Below, piece by piece: positions 54,620-64,000 of a stretch of DNA of 64,000 bases; positions within the stretch are counted from its first letter, which is position 1, and each line of letters begins with the position of its first letter. Under the pieces are notes generated by a model. It saw only the letters and a program-made list of their open reading frames with translations, did no database searches and had not been told where the DNA came from. The DNA is from Opitutia bacterium (GTDB lineage: Bacteria; Verrucomicrobiota; Verrucomicrobiia; Opitutales; Opitutaceae): NCBI GenBank assembly GCA_947478395.1, contig CANJVR010000001.1, positions 416,001 to 480,000 on the forward strand, in the 5' to 3' direction. Both the position numbers and the translations under genes were made by a program.

Positions 54620-55663
54620 ATGAAGCACTTCGTTCTTCACGATCCGCTTTGGCTCCTCGCCCTCGCCGCGCTGCCGTTTCTCATCTGGCTGCGTTCGCGG
54701 CGCCGGGTTTCCGTGCTCGTCGTGCCTTTCGCGGCCGCATGGCACCGGCCGTCCCTCGCCGCCGCCTCCCGCTGGCCCACCGGACTGGCCTTCACTGGCC
54801 TCGCCCTGATCATCGGCGCGCTCGCCCGGCCCCAACGCGTCGAGGACAAACGCGAAGTTCACTCGCAAGGTTACGACATCGTACTCTCCATCGACCTTTC
54901 CTCGTCGATGCTGGCCGAGGACTACGAAAAAGACGGCGGCCGCATCAACCGCCTTCAGGCCATCAAGCCCATCATCCAAGCCTTCATCGAACAGCGGCCG
55001 GCCGATCGCATCGGGATCGTGCTGTTCTCGGGGCGCGCCTACACCATGGCGCCGCTCACGATGGATCACGACTGGCTCGCCGCCCAACTCGAGCGCGTAA
55101 AAATTGGCCTGATCGAAGACGGCACTGCGATCGGCGACGGCCTCGGCGTCGCGCTCACCCGCCTCGAACAGGCTAAGCGCCAGTCGGGTGGAAAACGCCA
55201 GGGCGCTTTCATCGTGCTTCTGACGGACGGCGCTAACAATCGCGGCGCGCTTTCGCCGACCCAAGCCGCTGAACTCGCCAAATCACGCGACATCCCGATT
55301 TACGCGATCGGTGCCGGCAAAGATGGCATCGTCCCATTTCCCGTCTTCGACGAAAAAGGCAACAAGGTCGGCTACCGCCGCATGCTTTCCGATCTCGACG
55401 AAGGCGCGCTGCGTGAACTCGCCGAGTCGACCAATGGGAAATTTTTCCGCGCCTCCGACACCGGCGCGGCCGAGGCGGCCTTCAAGGCCATCGATCGCGC
55501 CCAGAAAATCGAGTTCCAGGCCAAGAGCTACCTGATCACGACGGAGCTTTTTCTCTGGCTCGCCATTCCCGCAGGCGTGTTGCTGCTCGCGGGCGGACTG
55601 CTCGGGCGGACGCGCGCCTCAGCCCGCGTCTCGGCCGCACCCGCGCTCGCTTCCGCCAACTGA
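54620..55663 (+). CDS. batA: VWA domain protein, BatA-like
   Basis: ALARPQ, MIDAS DLSSSM.AED, DRIG.V.F, APLT.D, GTAIGDG, LLTDGANN. Confidence 0.88.
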   Translation: MKHFVLHDPLWLLALAALPFLIWLRSRRRVSVLVVPFAAAWHRPSLAAASRWPTGLAFTGLALIIGALARPQRVEDKREVHSQGYDIVLSIDLSSSMLAEDYEKDGGRINRLQAIKPIIQAFIEQRPADRIGIVLFSGRAYTMAPLTMDHDWLAAQLERVKIGLIEDGTAIGDGLGVALTRLEQAKRQSGGKRQGAFIVLLTDGANNRGALSPTQAAELAKSRDIPIYAIGAGKDGIVPFPVFDEKGNKVGYRRMLSDLDEGALRELAESTNGKFFRASDTGAAEAAFKAIDRAQKIEFQAKSYLITTELFLWLAIPAGVLLLAGGLLGRTRASARVSAAPALASAN

Positions 55664-57546
55664 TGATGCAATTCGCCCTGCCCCACGTCCTCTGGTGCCT
55701 CGCGCTGCCGATCGCGCTGCTCGTGTGGGAAATCACCCGCGCCCGGCGCGCGGCCGATTTTTCCCAGCCGAAAATTCTCCGGGCCGAAGCGGGGGCTGAT
55801 TCGCTTCAGCTGACGCCCGCGCGTTACTCGATGCCCGCGCACGCCGCGCGCGCCCGCCTCTTTTTTTGCGCCGGACTCTCGCTCGCCATCGTGGCCATCG
55901 CCCGGCCGCAATGGGGCCGCATCGACGAACCCGTTTTCGATCAGTCGCGCGAAATTATTTTGGCCGTCGACCTGTCCCGTTCGATGCTCACGCCCGACGT
56001 GAAACCATCGCGGCTCGATCGCGCTAAACTGCTCATTCAATCCCTGCTCGAGCGCCTCGCCGGCGAACGCATCGGCCTGATCGTGTTTTCCGGCACGGCT
56101 TTTCTCCAATCGCCGCTCAGCTCCGACTACGAGATTCTCCGCGAGTTTCTGCCTAATCTCGGTCCCGATTATTTGCCGGAAGGCGGCACAAACTACACGG
56201 ACCTGATCCGGAGCGCAGTCTCCGCCTTCAACCACAGCTCGGCGGCAGACCGTTTTCTCATCGTTCTGAGCGACGGTGAAGCCACCGACGACACGTGGAA
56301 ACCGCTGGTGGAGGAGTTGAAGAAAAAAAACATCCGCGTCATCTCGCTCGCCATCGGCACGGCCGCCGGCGGCATGATCCCTGACGGCACGGGCGGCTTT
56401 GTGAAAGATGATCGCGGCGCGGTCGTGCTCTCCCGGCTCGAGCCCAACACGCTGCGCCAACTCGCGGACATCACGGGCGGCACCTATCGCGACGCCAGCG
56501 CGTGGATCGATCTCGCGGCGCTGATTCAATCCACCGTTGAGGCCGGCCAGAAGGGCAAATTCGTGGAAAAAAATTCGGTGCGTTTCGTCGAGCGCTTTCA
56601 GTGGCCGCTAACGGCCGCACTCGTGTTCTTGTTGCTGAGTTTCTGGCGTGAATTTCCCGTTCGCCCAAAACCCCGCCTTCTCGTGCTGGGCCAGCCACGC
56701 CCATCAGGAGCATCCTCCGGTACCGCAGCGCCGCCGATCCTGGCCGGCCCCGCCGCCTCCGCCTTGTCGTTGCTCCTCGTCGCGCTGGCCACGCTCGGTT
56801 CACCCGTGCCGATCCAAGCCGCCAGTCTGCAGCCGCGGTCGTCGCCGGGCGAAAACGCGCCGGCCACGCCCGAAGCGATCGCTCTCACCAAAATCGTGAC
56901 ACGGCTCGCCGGTCAGCCGAGCCAATCAGCTCGAGACTGGGCGGAGCTCGCCCTCGACACGGTCACGTGGGGCCAGCACCTGCTGACCGCGCAGCAACCG
57001 GTCGCGCCGGGCCCGGTCGAGGACGCACTGGCGGCGGTCGCGCTCGGCTCGGTTCAGGACCCGAAGACCGCGGACTGGACCGCGTTGCGCAGCCAGCTTC
57101 AGGATCTGCTGAAAAAACCGGACCAGCAAAAACAAGATCAGGATAAGCAGGAAAAAAACGACCAGCCACAGGACAAGGACCAGCAGCAGCAACAGAAACC
57201 GGATCAGGACCAGAACCAGGAGAAAAAAGACGAGAACTCCCCGCCGAAAGACGCGCCAGAAAATCAGAACGAGAAAGCGGCGGAAGGAAAGCAGGGGCAG
57301 AAAGCGTTCGGCGACATGCAGGAAAAGCCATCGTCTCCGCCTCCCCCTACCCCTCCGCAAGGTGACACCCAGAAGGCGGGCGGCGCGCCCGAGAAAAAAT
57401 CGGATGAGCCACCCGTCGACCCCGCCCTGGCGATGCCATTGCAAAAACTCGACCAGCTGCGGACGCAGGATTCCCCGGCCAAACTTTTCCGATTAATGCA
57501 GGGCGATCCCCAGCCCGCTCCCGCCAACAAAGGTAAAAACTGGTGA
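55663..57546 (+). CDS. batB: VWA domain protein, BatB-like, with a BatC-like Q/D/K-rich C-terminus
   Basis: ARPQWG, DLSRSM..DVKPSRL..AK, LSDGE, ERFQWPL; Q/K/D-rich linker ending in KNW. Confidence 0.82.
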   Translation: MMQFALPHVLWCLALPIALLVWEITRARRAADFSQPKILRAEAGADSLQLTPARYSMPAHAARARLFFCAGLSLAIVAIARPQWGRIDEPVFDQSREIILAVDLSRSMLTPDVKPSRLDRAKLLIQSLLERLAGERIGLIVFSGTAFLQSPLSSDYEILREFLPNLGPDYLPEGGTNYTDLIRSAVSAFNHSSAADRFLIVLSDGEATDDTWKPLVEELKKKNIRVISLAIGTAAGGMIPDGTGGFVKDDRGAVVLSRLEPNTLRQLADITGGTYRDASAWIDLAALIQSTVEAGQKGKFVEKNSVRFVERFQWPLTAALVFLLLSFWREFPVRPKPRLLVLGQPRPSGASSGTAAPPILAGPAASALSLLLVALATLGSPVPIQAASLQPRSSPGENAPATPEAIALTKIVTRLAGQPSQSARDWAELALDTVTWGQHLLTAQQPVAPGPVEDALAAVALGSVQDPKTADWTALRSQLQDLLKKPDQQKQDQDKQEKNDQPQDKDQQQQQKPDQDQNQEKKDENSPPKDAPENQNEKAAEGKQGQKAFGDMQEKPSSPPPPTPPQGDTQKAGGAPEKKSDEPPVDPALAMPLQKLDQLRTQDSPAKLFRLMQGDPQPAPANKGKNW

Positions 57547-60122
57547 CCACCCGCATGCCGCGACGCTTTGCTCAAATCCTCTTGTTCCTCGGATTCGTCG
57601 CCGCCGCGACGCTGCACGCCCAGGGCGTTCACTGGGATCCTGCGCGCGGCAACCTCGCGGTTGGTCAGGCCGCTGAACTCCAGCTCGTCTTCGAGGGCTG
57701 CACCCCGGATCCCGAGGTCCGCCTGCCCAAAATTGATGGTCTGAGCCTAGAACCCATCGGCCGAACGGTCAGCACCTCGATTATCAATTTCAACCGCTCC
57801 GACAGCGTCACGATCACCTACACCGCGCTGCTCAGTAAAAAGCAATCGGTCACCATTCCGTCGTTCGAGATCAACACGAACAAAGGCAAAGTCCGCACGA
57901 CAGCCGTCACCTACGAAGCGGTCGACCCGACCGTCGGCTCGACGGGAGTTCCTCTGGATACCGTCGCCACGGGTCGTTTGGTGACGGCGCCGTCGAGCGT
58001 GTGGGCCGGGGAGGTATTGAATCTGCAATACACCATCGAAGCTTCGCACAATAACATGCCGGATTTTGGCCGCGGCGTATTCGAGTGGAACGCCGAGCCG
58101 CTCGTCACCGAGGAATGGTCACGACCGGAGCCGGTCAATTCCCGCACGGGCGCCGATGCCCGCGACGGTCTCATCTACCGCACCCGCGCCATCGCGCGCA
58201 ACCCCGGGGCGATACGCTTGAACGCGGTCCACCAGCTAATCAACCTTGCCGTTGGCGTAACCGGCTTCGGCTTTTTCCAGCAGCGCCAGTACCAACAATT
58301 TTCCGTTCCAAGCTCCGCACCTCTGCTGGAGGTGAAGCCGCTGCCGCCCGCGCCCGCCGGCTTCACGGGAGCCGTGGGGGCGTTGAAATTGGAATCCAAG
58401 GTCGTGCCCCTGACCGGCGGCGTGGGTGAACCGATCACCTGGACGCTGCGCCTGAGCGGCACCGCCAACTGGCCGGACGTCAGCGGCCTCCCCGCGCGCG
58501 AAGTCTCCAAGGATTTTCAAATTGTCTCGCCGCAAGCAAAGCGCACCCCGGTCGAGGGAAAACTTTTTGAGGGCACCCTGGCCGAGGACGTCGTGCTCGT
58601 TCCCACCAAGCCGGGCACCTACACACTCGGTCCGCTCACGTTCGCTTATTTTGATCCCAAGAGCGGCGCCTACAAAACCATCACCACGCCGGCTACCACC
58701 GTCACTATTACTCCGCCGACCGACGTCCCCAACCCCGCGACGCCCGCAAATCCCGCCACCGTTGCCGAGCAATCCGCAGCTCAAAACTCAAAAGCAATCC
58801 CTCCTCCGCCTCCCTTGGGACTGCCTCGCGACCCGTTGCCCGGTGCCGATGTCGTCACACCGCCGATGAGTGCCGTCCAACTCGGGCTGCTCGTACTTTC
58901 GCCCTTCGCTTCGCTCCTTCTGTTCTGGCTGTTCTTGGCCCTGCAACGCGCCCGGGTAACAGATCCTTTCCGGGCCCGCCGCGCAGCGCACGCGCGACTC
59001 ACCACTCTGCTCATGCAAATTCGCCAGGGCGAGGTTCAGCCTTCGGTCCTCCGCGCAAAACTCCTCGAGTGGCAGCACGACACGGCCTTCCTCCTGCACA
59101 TTGCTCACGCCGCGCCCACGCCTGCCGTGCTCAACGCAAAACTCGCCCCGCCCAATCCTAAAATCGCGGCGCTCTGGTCCGAATCCGACCGCGCCCTTTA
59201 CGGCGAAAACACTCCGCTCCCCGCCGACTGGCCCGAGCGGGCCGCCGGCATCCTGGCCGACACCGCCGTGCCCCGCTTCGCTCCGCTCGGACTCTTTCTA
59301 CCGCGCAACTTATTCCCCTTCTTCGCGCTGATTCTCTGTGCCGTGATTTGCGCGCCTCGCCTCCTCGCCGAAGCCAGTGCTCCGCCGCAGAACTTAAAAC
59401 CCATCGCGGGCATGAAAACCCCTGAGGTCGTCATCGACCCGGCGTTGGCCTATCGCCGCGGAGATTTCGCGGGTGCCGAAAAAGCGTGGCGCACGACACT
59501 CGCTTCCGCGCCCACCGACGCCATCGCGCGCCACAACCTTTCCCTGGCGCTAGCGCAGCAGGATCGCTGGGACGAAGCCGCCGCCCACGCCGCCGCTGCC
59601 TTTGTGCAGCTCCCCTCCAGCGAGCCCATCCGCGCTCAGTTCGCCCTCACGGCGGATCGTTCCGGCCACGTCCCGGTTCCCCTCACGGGCTTCCTCAACC
59701 GCGGTCCCCTCGAATCGATCGCGGCGCTGACTTCGACAACGGGCTGGCAGTACACGTTGGTCGCGAGCGCCGCGCTCGTGGCCCTGGCCCTCGCGTGGTT
59801 ACTGCACCGTAGCTACGCCAATCAACCCGTCGCGTGGCCGCCCTTCGCACTGCTCGGATTGAGCTTCGTCATGGCCCTCATCGCGATACTCGCCTGGCAT
59901 GGCTATGGTGAAACGGATGCCCCCCGGGCGGCGATCGTCTGGCGCGCTGGTACGCTCCGTTCGATCCCCACCGAAGTCGACACCACGCAAAAAACATCGC
60001 CCGTCGCCGCGGGTGTCGTCGGTGTCGCCGACCAAAATTTCCTCGGTTGGCAGCACCTGAAATTTGAAGCGGGCCAAGCCGGTTGGGTTCGTACGGACGA
60101 GGTGGTGCCGATTTGGAAATGA
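57543..60122 (+). CDS. batD: BatD-like protein fused to a BatE-like TPR/SH3 region
   Basis: Signal peptide, Ig-like repeats, LEVKPLP...FTGAVG, FAYFDPKSG.Y; then a TPR (YRRGDFAGAE...ARHNL) and an SH3-like 'GQAGWV'. Confidence 0.78.
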   Translation: MTTRMPRRFAQILLFLGFVAAATLHAQGVHWDPARGNLAVGQAAELQLVFEGCTPDPEVRLPKIDGLSLEPIGRTVSTSIINFNRSDSVTITYTALLSKKQSVTIPSFEINTNKGKVRTTAVTYEAVDPTVGSTGVPLDTVATGRLVTAPSSVWAGEVLNLQYTIEASHNNMPDFGRGVFEWNAEPLVTEEWSRPEPVNSRTGADARDGLIYRTRAIARNPGAIRLNAVHQLINLAVGVTGFGFFQQRQYQQFSVPSSAPLLEVKPLPPAPAGFTGAVGALKLESKVVPLTGGVGEPITWTLRLSGTANWPDVSGLPAREVSKDFQIVSPQAKRTPVEGKLFEGTLAEDVVLVPTKPGTYTLGPLTFAYFDPKSGAYKTITTPATTVTITPPTDVPNPATPANPATVAEQSAAQNSKAIPPPPPLGLPRDPLPGADVVTPPMSAVQLGLLVLSPFASLLLFWLFLALQRARVTDPFRARRAAHARLTTLLMQIRQGEVQPSVLRAKLLEWQHDTAFLLHIAHAAPTPAVLNAKLAPPNPKIAALWSESDRALYGENTPLPADWPERAAGILADTAVPRFAPLGLFLPRNLFPFFALILCAVICAPRLLAEASAPPQNLKPIAGMKTPEVVIDPALAYRRGDFAGAEKAWRTTLASAPTDAIARHNLSLALAQQDRWDEAAAHAAAAFVQLPSSEPIRAQFALTADRSGHVPVPLTGFLNRGPLESIAALTSTTGWQYTLVASAALVALALAWLLHRSYANQPVAWPPFALLGLSFVMALIAILAWHGYGETDAPRAAIVWRAGTLRSIPTEVDTTQKTSPVAAGVVGVADQNFLGWQHLKFEAGQAGWVRTDEVVPIWK

Positions 60123-60266
60123 GGCGCGGAATTAAATCCACCGCGCCCTGCGGCGGCACCGTTTCAAGAGGGGATTCCCTGAAATCGGATTAGGTGCGGC
60201 GGGATTGATTTCCCCATCGAGAGGGGTGGCGCGCAGGGCGGGGTCGGTTCAGGTGCGAGCCGCGCC

Positions 60267-60818
60267 TCAACCCACCAAATTCGTCTTCCGCACCATGCGC
60301 GCCATCGACTCTTCCGGGTTGAGCCGCGCCACATCCGCGAGCAGCACCCAGGCCAGTTCTTTCGATTCACTCGCGGCGCGTACCAGCGGCTCGGTCGGAT
60401 CCGCTTCGATCACAAAGCGGAGATCGTAGTGCCAGTGCGCCGGCTCGGTTTTACGCGCGGGAATCCAGTGCCGGTCCACGTCGAAAATCTCCGGCGTGAC
60501 CAATCGCAGCCGGGTCAGACCGCTTTCTTCCCGGGCTTCGCGCATGGCCACCGCCGCGAGATCGCCGTCGCCATCGGCGTGGCCGCCGAGCTGAAGCCAT
60601 TTGTTTAACTTCAGATGATGCGTGAGCAAGGTGCGCTGCCGCCCGGCGTCCACGACCCAAGCCGAACCCGTGAGATGTCCCGGCGCACAAGTCCGCCGCA
60701 AACACGCCGGCTCCGCCGCCACAAATTTCAGCGTTTCGGCGAGCATCGCCGCCTCATGCTCGTCGAGCATCGGCGAACGATACGCGCGCAGTAATTTCAG
60801 GACTGGTTCACGGTGCAT
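60267..60818 (-). CDS. NUDIX hydrolase
   Basis: GHLTGSAWV, WLQLGGHADGD.D..AVAMREAREESGL Nudix box. Confidence 0.92.
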   Translation of the reverse strand: MHREPVLKLLRAYRSPMLDEHEAAMLAETLKFVAAEPACLRRTCAPGHLTGSAWVVDAGRQRTLLTHHLKLNKWLQLGGHADGDGDLAAVAMREAREESGLTRLRLVTPEIFDVDRHWIPARKTEPAHWHYDLRFVIEADPTEPLVRAASESKELAWVLLADVARLNPEESMARMVRKTNLVG

Positions 60819-60830
60819 GCGCGTTTCGCC

Positions 60831-61412
60831 TCACCGCGTCTCGAACCACTTCGACTCCGTCTTCGCCTGGCGCGCGATTTCAATCTGCGAAAAAATTTCC
60901 GGGACGGTCGAGGCCACCCGGAAGAGTTCCAGGTTGGAGGGTTTGAAAAACTTATCCTGCAACATGCGGTCGAACAGACGCAGCAAGTCGTCGTAAAAAC
61001 CATCTTGATTCAAGAAGACGCACGGCTTCTTCACGACGTCGAGCTGGCGCAGCGTGAGAATTTCCATGATCTCCTCCAGCGTACCGAAGCCGCCCGGCAG
61101 CGTCACGAAGGCATCGGCCCGCGTTTCCATCAGCAGCTTGCGCTCGCGCATGGTGATGACCGTCACAAGTTCGTCCGCTTCGTCGAAGGCGAGTTCGCGG
61201 GCTTTCATGAATTCTGGAATGACTCCGACCACGCGCCCGCCAGCCGATTTTGTCCCGCGCGCCACGGCGCCCATCAGTCCGGTCTTTCCGCCGCCATAAA
61301 CGAGCCCCCAGCCTTCCGCGACAAGCCGTTCGCCAAGCTCCGTCGCGGCCTTGAAATATTTGGGATCGAGCCGGTCACTCGAGGCGCAGTAGACGCACAG
61401 CAGTTTAGACAT
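60831..61412 (-). CDS. LOG-family nucleotide phosphoribohydrolase
   Basis: CVYCASS, LVYGGG..GLMG, M.ERK, LPGGFGTLEE. Confidence 0.92.
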   Translation of the reverse strand: MSKLLCVYCASSDRLDPKYFKAATELGERLVAEGWGLVYGGGKTGLMGAVARGTKSAGGRVVGVIPEFMKARELAFDEADELVTVITMRERKLLMETRADAFVTLPGGFGTLEEIMEILTLRQLDVVKKPCVFLNQDGFYDDLLRLFDRMLQDKFFKPSNLELFRVASTVPEIFSQIEIARQAKTESKWFETR

Positions 61413-61498
61413 GATTTCTTTGAACCGTTAATCTTCGCTGGTTCACGCTAATTGTTTTGGCGTTTTCAAAGTTTAGCTGTGATTAGCGAAGTTCAGCG

Positions 61499-62362
61499 GT
61501 GAAAAATTCTGTTCCCCTCTATCGCGGCCGGCTTGCTCCCTCGCCCACCGGGCACCTGCACCTCGGTCACGCGCGGACTTTCTGGCTGGCCGCCGAGCGT
61601 GCCCGCGCAGCGGGCGGAGCCTTGCTTTTACGCAACGACGACCTCGATGCCGTGCGCTTCCATCTCGATTTCGTCGCCGCGATGATTGAGGACCTCCACT
61701 GGCTCGGTCTGACTTGGACCGCGCCCATGATTTCCCAAAGCGAACGCCTGCCGATCTATCGCGCTGCGCTCGCCCGCCTTCACGCCGCAGGCCACATCTT
61801 CCCTTGCACGCGTACGCGGCGCGATGTGTTGGACGCGATTGGTGCACCCCATGAAGGCGGTGAAAACGACGAACCGATCTATCCGCCGCAGTTTCGGCCG
61901 CCGGCTGACGCCGCGTTGCCTCCACTTGCCGATGCGCTCGACGTCAACTGGCGCTTCCGGGTGCCCGATGGCGAGACCCTGGCCTTCGACGACGCCGCGC
62001 TGGGCCGGCAAACGGCGTCTGTCGGCCGCGACTTCGGGGATTTCCTGGTTTGGCGCAAAGACGGCGCACCCAGCTATCAGTTCGCGTGCGCCGTCGACGA
62101 CGCCGACCTCGGCATCACCGAGGTCGTGCGCGGTGCCGATCTCGTGAAAAGCACCTACCGCCAACTTCTGATCCTGCGCGCCCTCGGTGCACCGGCCCCG
62201 CGCTACTACCACGCCAGTCTCGTGCTCGACGAAAATGGCGTGCGTCTCGCCAAGCGGCATGACGCTCTCAGTCTGCGTACGCTGCGTGCGCGCGGGGTAG
62301 ATCCGGGCACGATCATCCAGAAATTCTCCGAAGAGTTAACCGAGGTGACCGAGAAAGATTGA
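61499..62362 (+). CDS. gluQ: Glutamyl-Q tRNA(Asp) synthetase
   Basis: YRGRLAPSPTG.LHLGH, DFGDF...R.DG..SYQ.A..VDD, VVRGADL, RLAKR; no anticodon-binding domain. Confidence 0.9.
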   Translation: MKNSVPLYRGRLAPSPTGHLHLGHARTFWLAAERARAAGGALLLRNDDLDAVRFHLDFVAAMIEDLHWLGLTWTAPMISQSERLPIYRAALARLHAAGHIFPCTRTRRDVLDAIGAPHEGGENDEPIYPPQFRPPADAALPPLADALDVNWRFRVPDGETLAFDDAALGRQTASVGRDFGDFLVWRKDGAPSYQFACAVDDADLGITEVVRGADLVKSTYRQLLILRALGAPAPRYYHASLVLDENGVRLAKRHDALSLRTLRARGVDPGTIIQKFSEELTEVTEKD

Positions 62363-62399
62363 ACCTCGCTCCGTTTCCTCCGTTACCTCCTGCAACGAA

Positions 62400-62924
62400 A
62401 TGATCCGTATCGGCGTCCTCAATATTTCCGACCGCGCTAGCGCTGGTATTTACTCCGACGAGCCCGGCCAGGCCTGCGTCGCGCTGCTGCGCGAGTGGCT
62501 GAGCACGCCGTTCGAACTCGACTACAAGATAATCCCAGACGAGCGCCCCGTCATCGAAGCCGAGCTCCGCCGGCTCGCCGATGAAGCGGGCTGTGCATTG
62601 GTCGTCACCACCGGCGGCACCGGCCCCGCCCCGCGCGACGTCACGCCCGAAGCCACGATCGCGGTGTGCGAAAGAATTCTGCCCGGTTTCGGCGAACTCA
62701 TGCGGGCGACTTCGCTGAAGTACGTGCCGACCGCAATCCTGTCGCGCCAGACCGCCGGCACCCGCGGCCGCACGTTGATCGTGAATCTCCCCGGGCGGCC
62801 CAAAGCGATTCGCGAAAACCTCGAGGCGGTTTTCCCCGCGATCCCGTATTGCGTCGATCTCATCGGCGGACCGCGTCTCGAGACCCACGAGTCGGCGATG
62901 AAAGTTTTCCGGCCGAAGAGCTGA
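62400..62924 (+). CDS. mog: Molybdopterin adenylyltransferase
   Basis: ISDRASAG.Y.D..G, TTGGTGPAPRDVTPEAT, PGFGELMR..SL..VPTAILSRQ, NLPGRPKAI. Confidence 0.95.
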   Translation: MIRIGVLNISDRASAGIYSDEPGQACVALLREWLSTPFELDYKIIPDERPVIEAELRRLADEAGCALVVTTGGTGPAPRDVTPEATIAVCERILPGFGELMRATSLKYVPTAILSRQTAGTRGRTLIVNLPGRPKAIRENLEAVFPAIPYCVDLIGGPRLETHESAMKVFRPKS

Positions 62925-62927
62925 AGT

Positions 62928-62987
62928 GCAGCGCGGAGCTTCCGTCCGCGTTCCGAAACTCAAACCGAGGACGAAGCCTCGCGCTAC
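62928..62987. repeat. REP-like inverted repeat between convergent genes
   Basis: GCAGCGCGGAGCTTCCGTCC pairs with GGACGAAGCCTCGCGCTAC. Confidence 0.55.
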
Positions 62988-62997
62988 GTCGGAGGGC

Positions 62998-63351
62998 TCA
63001 ATCGTTCCGCCATTCGGCCGGCAGGATCGACTCCGGTCCGATGATGTACACCCGATAGTAGAGCCAGAAAATCAGCGCGCCCAATCCCAGCAGGAAAAAA
63101 ATCTCCCCGAGTTCGCCCGCCCCCCGGCGGCTGCCGCGATGCAGCAGGCTGACGAGTTTTCCGATGGCCGGCGCTACCACGAAACCCACGAGCGAACCGC
63201 CGAAAAGAACCATCGCCATGATCGCGCCCGTCCGCAGCAGCGGATCGCCCAGCTGTTTCGTTTTATAGCTCACCAGCTCGACGGAAAGATTCAACAGGAG
63301 CAAACAGCAGGGCAGCACGTAATAGTCGCGAACGACGGCGGTCTTTTTCAT
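62998..63351 (-). CDS. Hypothetical membrane protein
   Basis: 117 aa with three hydrophobic segments; fills the gap between mog and the DUF5069 gene. Confidence 0.65.
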   Translation of the reverse strand: MKKTAVVRDYYVLPCCLLLLNLSVELVSYKTKQLGDPLLRTGAIMAMVLFGGSLVGFVVAPAIGKLVSLLHRGSRRGAGELGEIFFLLGLGALIFWLYYRVYIIGPESILPAEWRND

Positions 63352-63425
63352 GGCGGCGAAATCCCCGTCACTTGATCATTCCACTGCTTGCGCGAAAGCG
63401 AATTCTAAACAACCGTCCGTTTTTC

Positions 63426-63872
63426 ATGATCAACTACAGCAATCCCGACCTGACTCAACATCCTCCTCGTAGCATACGCGTCCGTCTCGGCGGGTACATC
63501 CACCTTTGCCGGCTGCTCGACAAAGCCCGGGCTACTTTGGCCGGCAAGGGCGGCGAGTATCACTACAACTGTCCGCTCGACCAACTGTTCTTCACGTTTA
63601 CCGGCATCGGCCAGGAAGCCATGCTCGCAGAAATCAAGACCGGCAAAACCGACGTCGAGATTCTCGAGTGGGTCAGCACCCAGACCAAGCGCTTGCCGCA
63701 CGAAATTGTTGCGTGGTCGACATGGGCTGAACTTGAAGGCCCCGGCGGCGAGGAAGGCCACGAATGGGTTGCCAGCGTGATCAAGGGCCACAAGTCGAAG
63801 CGCGACGACATCCATTCGTTCGCCGACCTCCTCGATTTTGACGATTTCCTATCCTACGGCGGAAAAGCCTAA
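63426..63872 (+). CDS. DUF5069-like protein
   Basis: PDLTQHPPRS.R..LGGY.HL.RL.DKARA...G..GEY.YNCPLD..FF.F.GI pattern. Confidence 0.8.
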   Translation: MINYSNPDLTQHPPRSIRVRLGGYIHLCRLLDKARATLAGKGGEYHYNCPLDQLFFTFTGIGQEAMLAEIKTGKTDVEILEWVSTQTKRLPHEIVAWSTWAELEGPGGEEGHEWVASVIKGHKSKRDDIHSFADLLDFDDFLSYGGKA

Positions 63873-63890
63873 TAAGGCGTTAACCGGGAT

Positions 63891-63913
63891 TTCGGATTTC
63901 TGAGAAATCCGAA
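63891..63913. terminator. Hairpin after the DUF5069 gene (possible terminator or operator)
   Basis: TTCGGATTTC-TGA-GAAATCCGAA perfect 10-bp stem; no clear U tract. Confidence 0.35.
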
Positions 63914-64000
63914 TCAAATTCACGGCGTCCGTCGTTGCAGCCAATGGCACCGGCGGGCGGGCCGCCCCGCCCCCGCGGCTTCGACGTTGCCCGCTGAACG

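Noticed and set aside
57120..57300. Q/D/K-rich repetitive DNA as a tandem repeat or array
   Set aside because: Ordinary low-complexity BatC-type linker coding sequence.

Overview
GC-rich bacterial chromosomal window. Protein styles (a DUF5069-like gene, a long adenylate kinase, paralogous OppA lipoproteins, a MoxR-Bat locus) suggest Verrucomicrobiota, probably Opitutaceae; this is inference. Content is mostly housekeeping and transport: hslO-like (partial), ettA, msrA, dimeric dUTPase, murA, ruvB, adk-like, a MacAB-type ABC exporter operon, ptsI, ispE/pyrF/ispD/ispF, four oppA paralogues with an M28 peptidase and oppBC, an MsbA-like exporter, metH divergent from a cobalamin-riboswitch-led btuB-like receptor, dcp, a DTW protein, katG with an OxyR-type box, a stand-alone GGQ release factor, moxR-DUF58-batA-batB/C-batD/E, NUDIX, LOG, gluQ and mog. 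I saw no rRNA, tRNA, CRISPR array, prophage or intact transposase. The most unusual signal is a pervasive family of imperfect inverted-repeat elements built from 7-nt or roughly 9-nt units at gene junctions. One brackets a four-helix-bundle (IVS/Avd-like) gene so that the gene could loop out of the operon mRNA. Empty copies sit between genes, inside the cobalamin riboswitch and in frame inside proteins. Also notable: an unexplained ~300-nt structured intergenic RNA candidate, a stand-alone disordered protein resembling the RNase E scaffold, and a small arm-type DNA-binding protein with a structured leader. All calls come from reading the sequence and recalled family motifs; no searches or folding programs were run.
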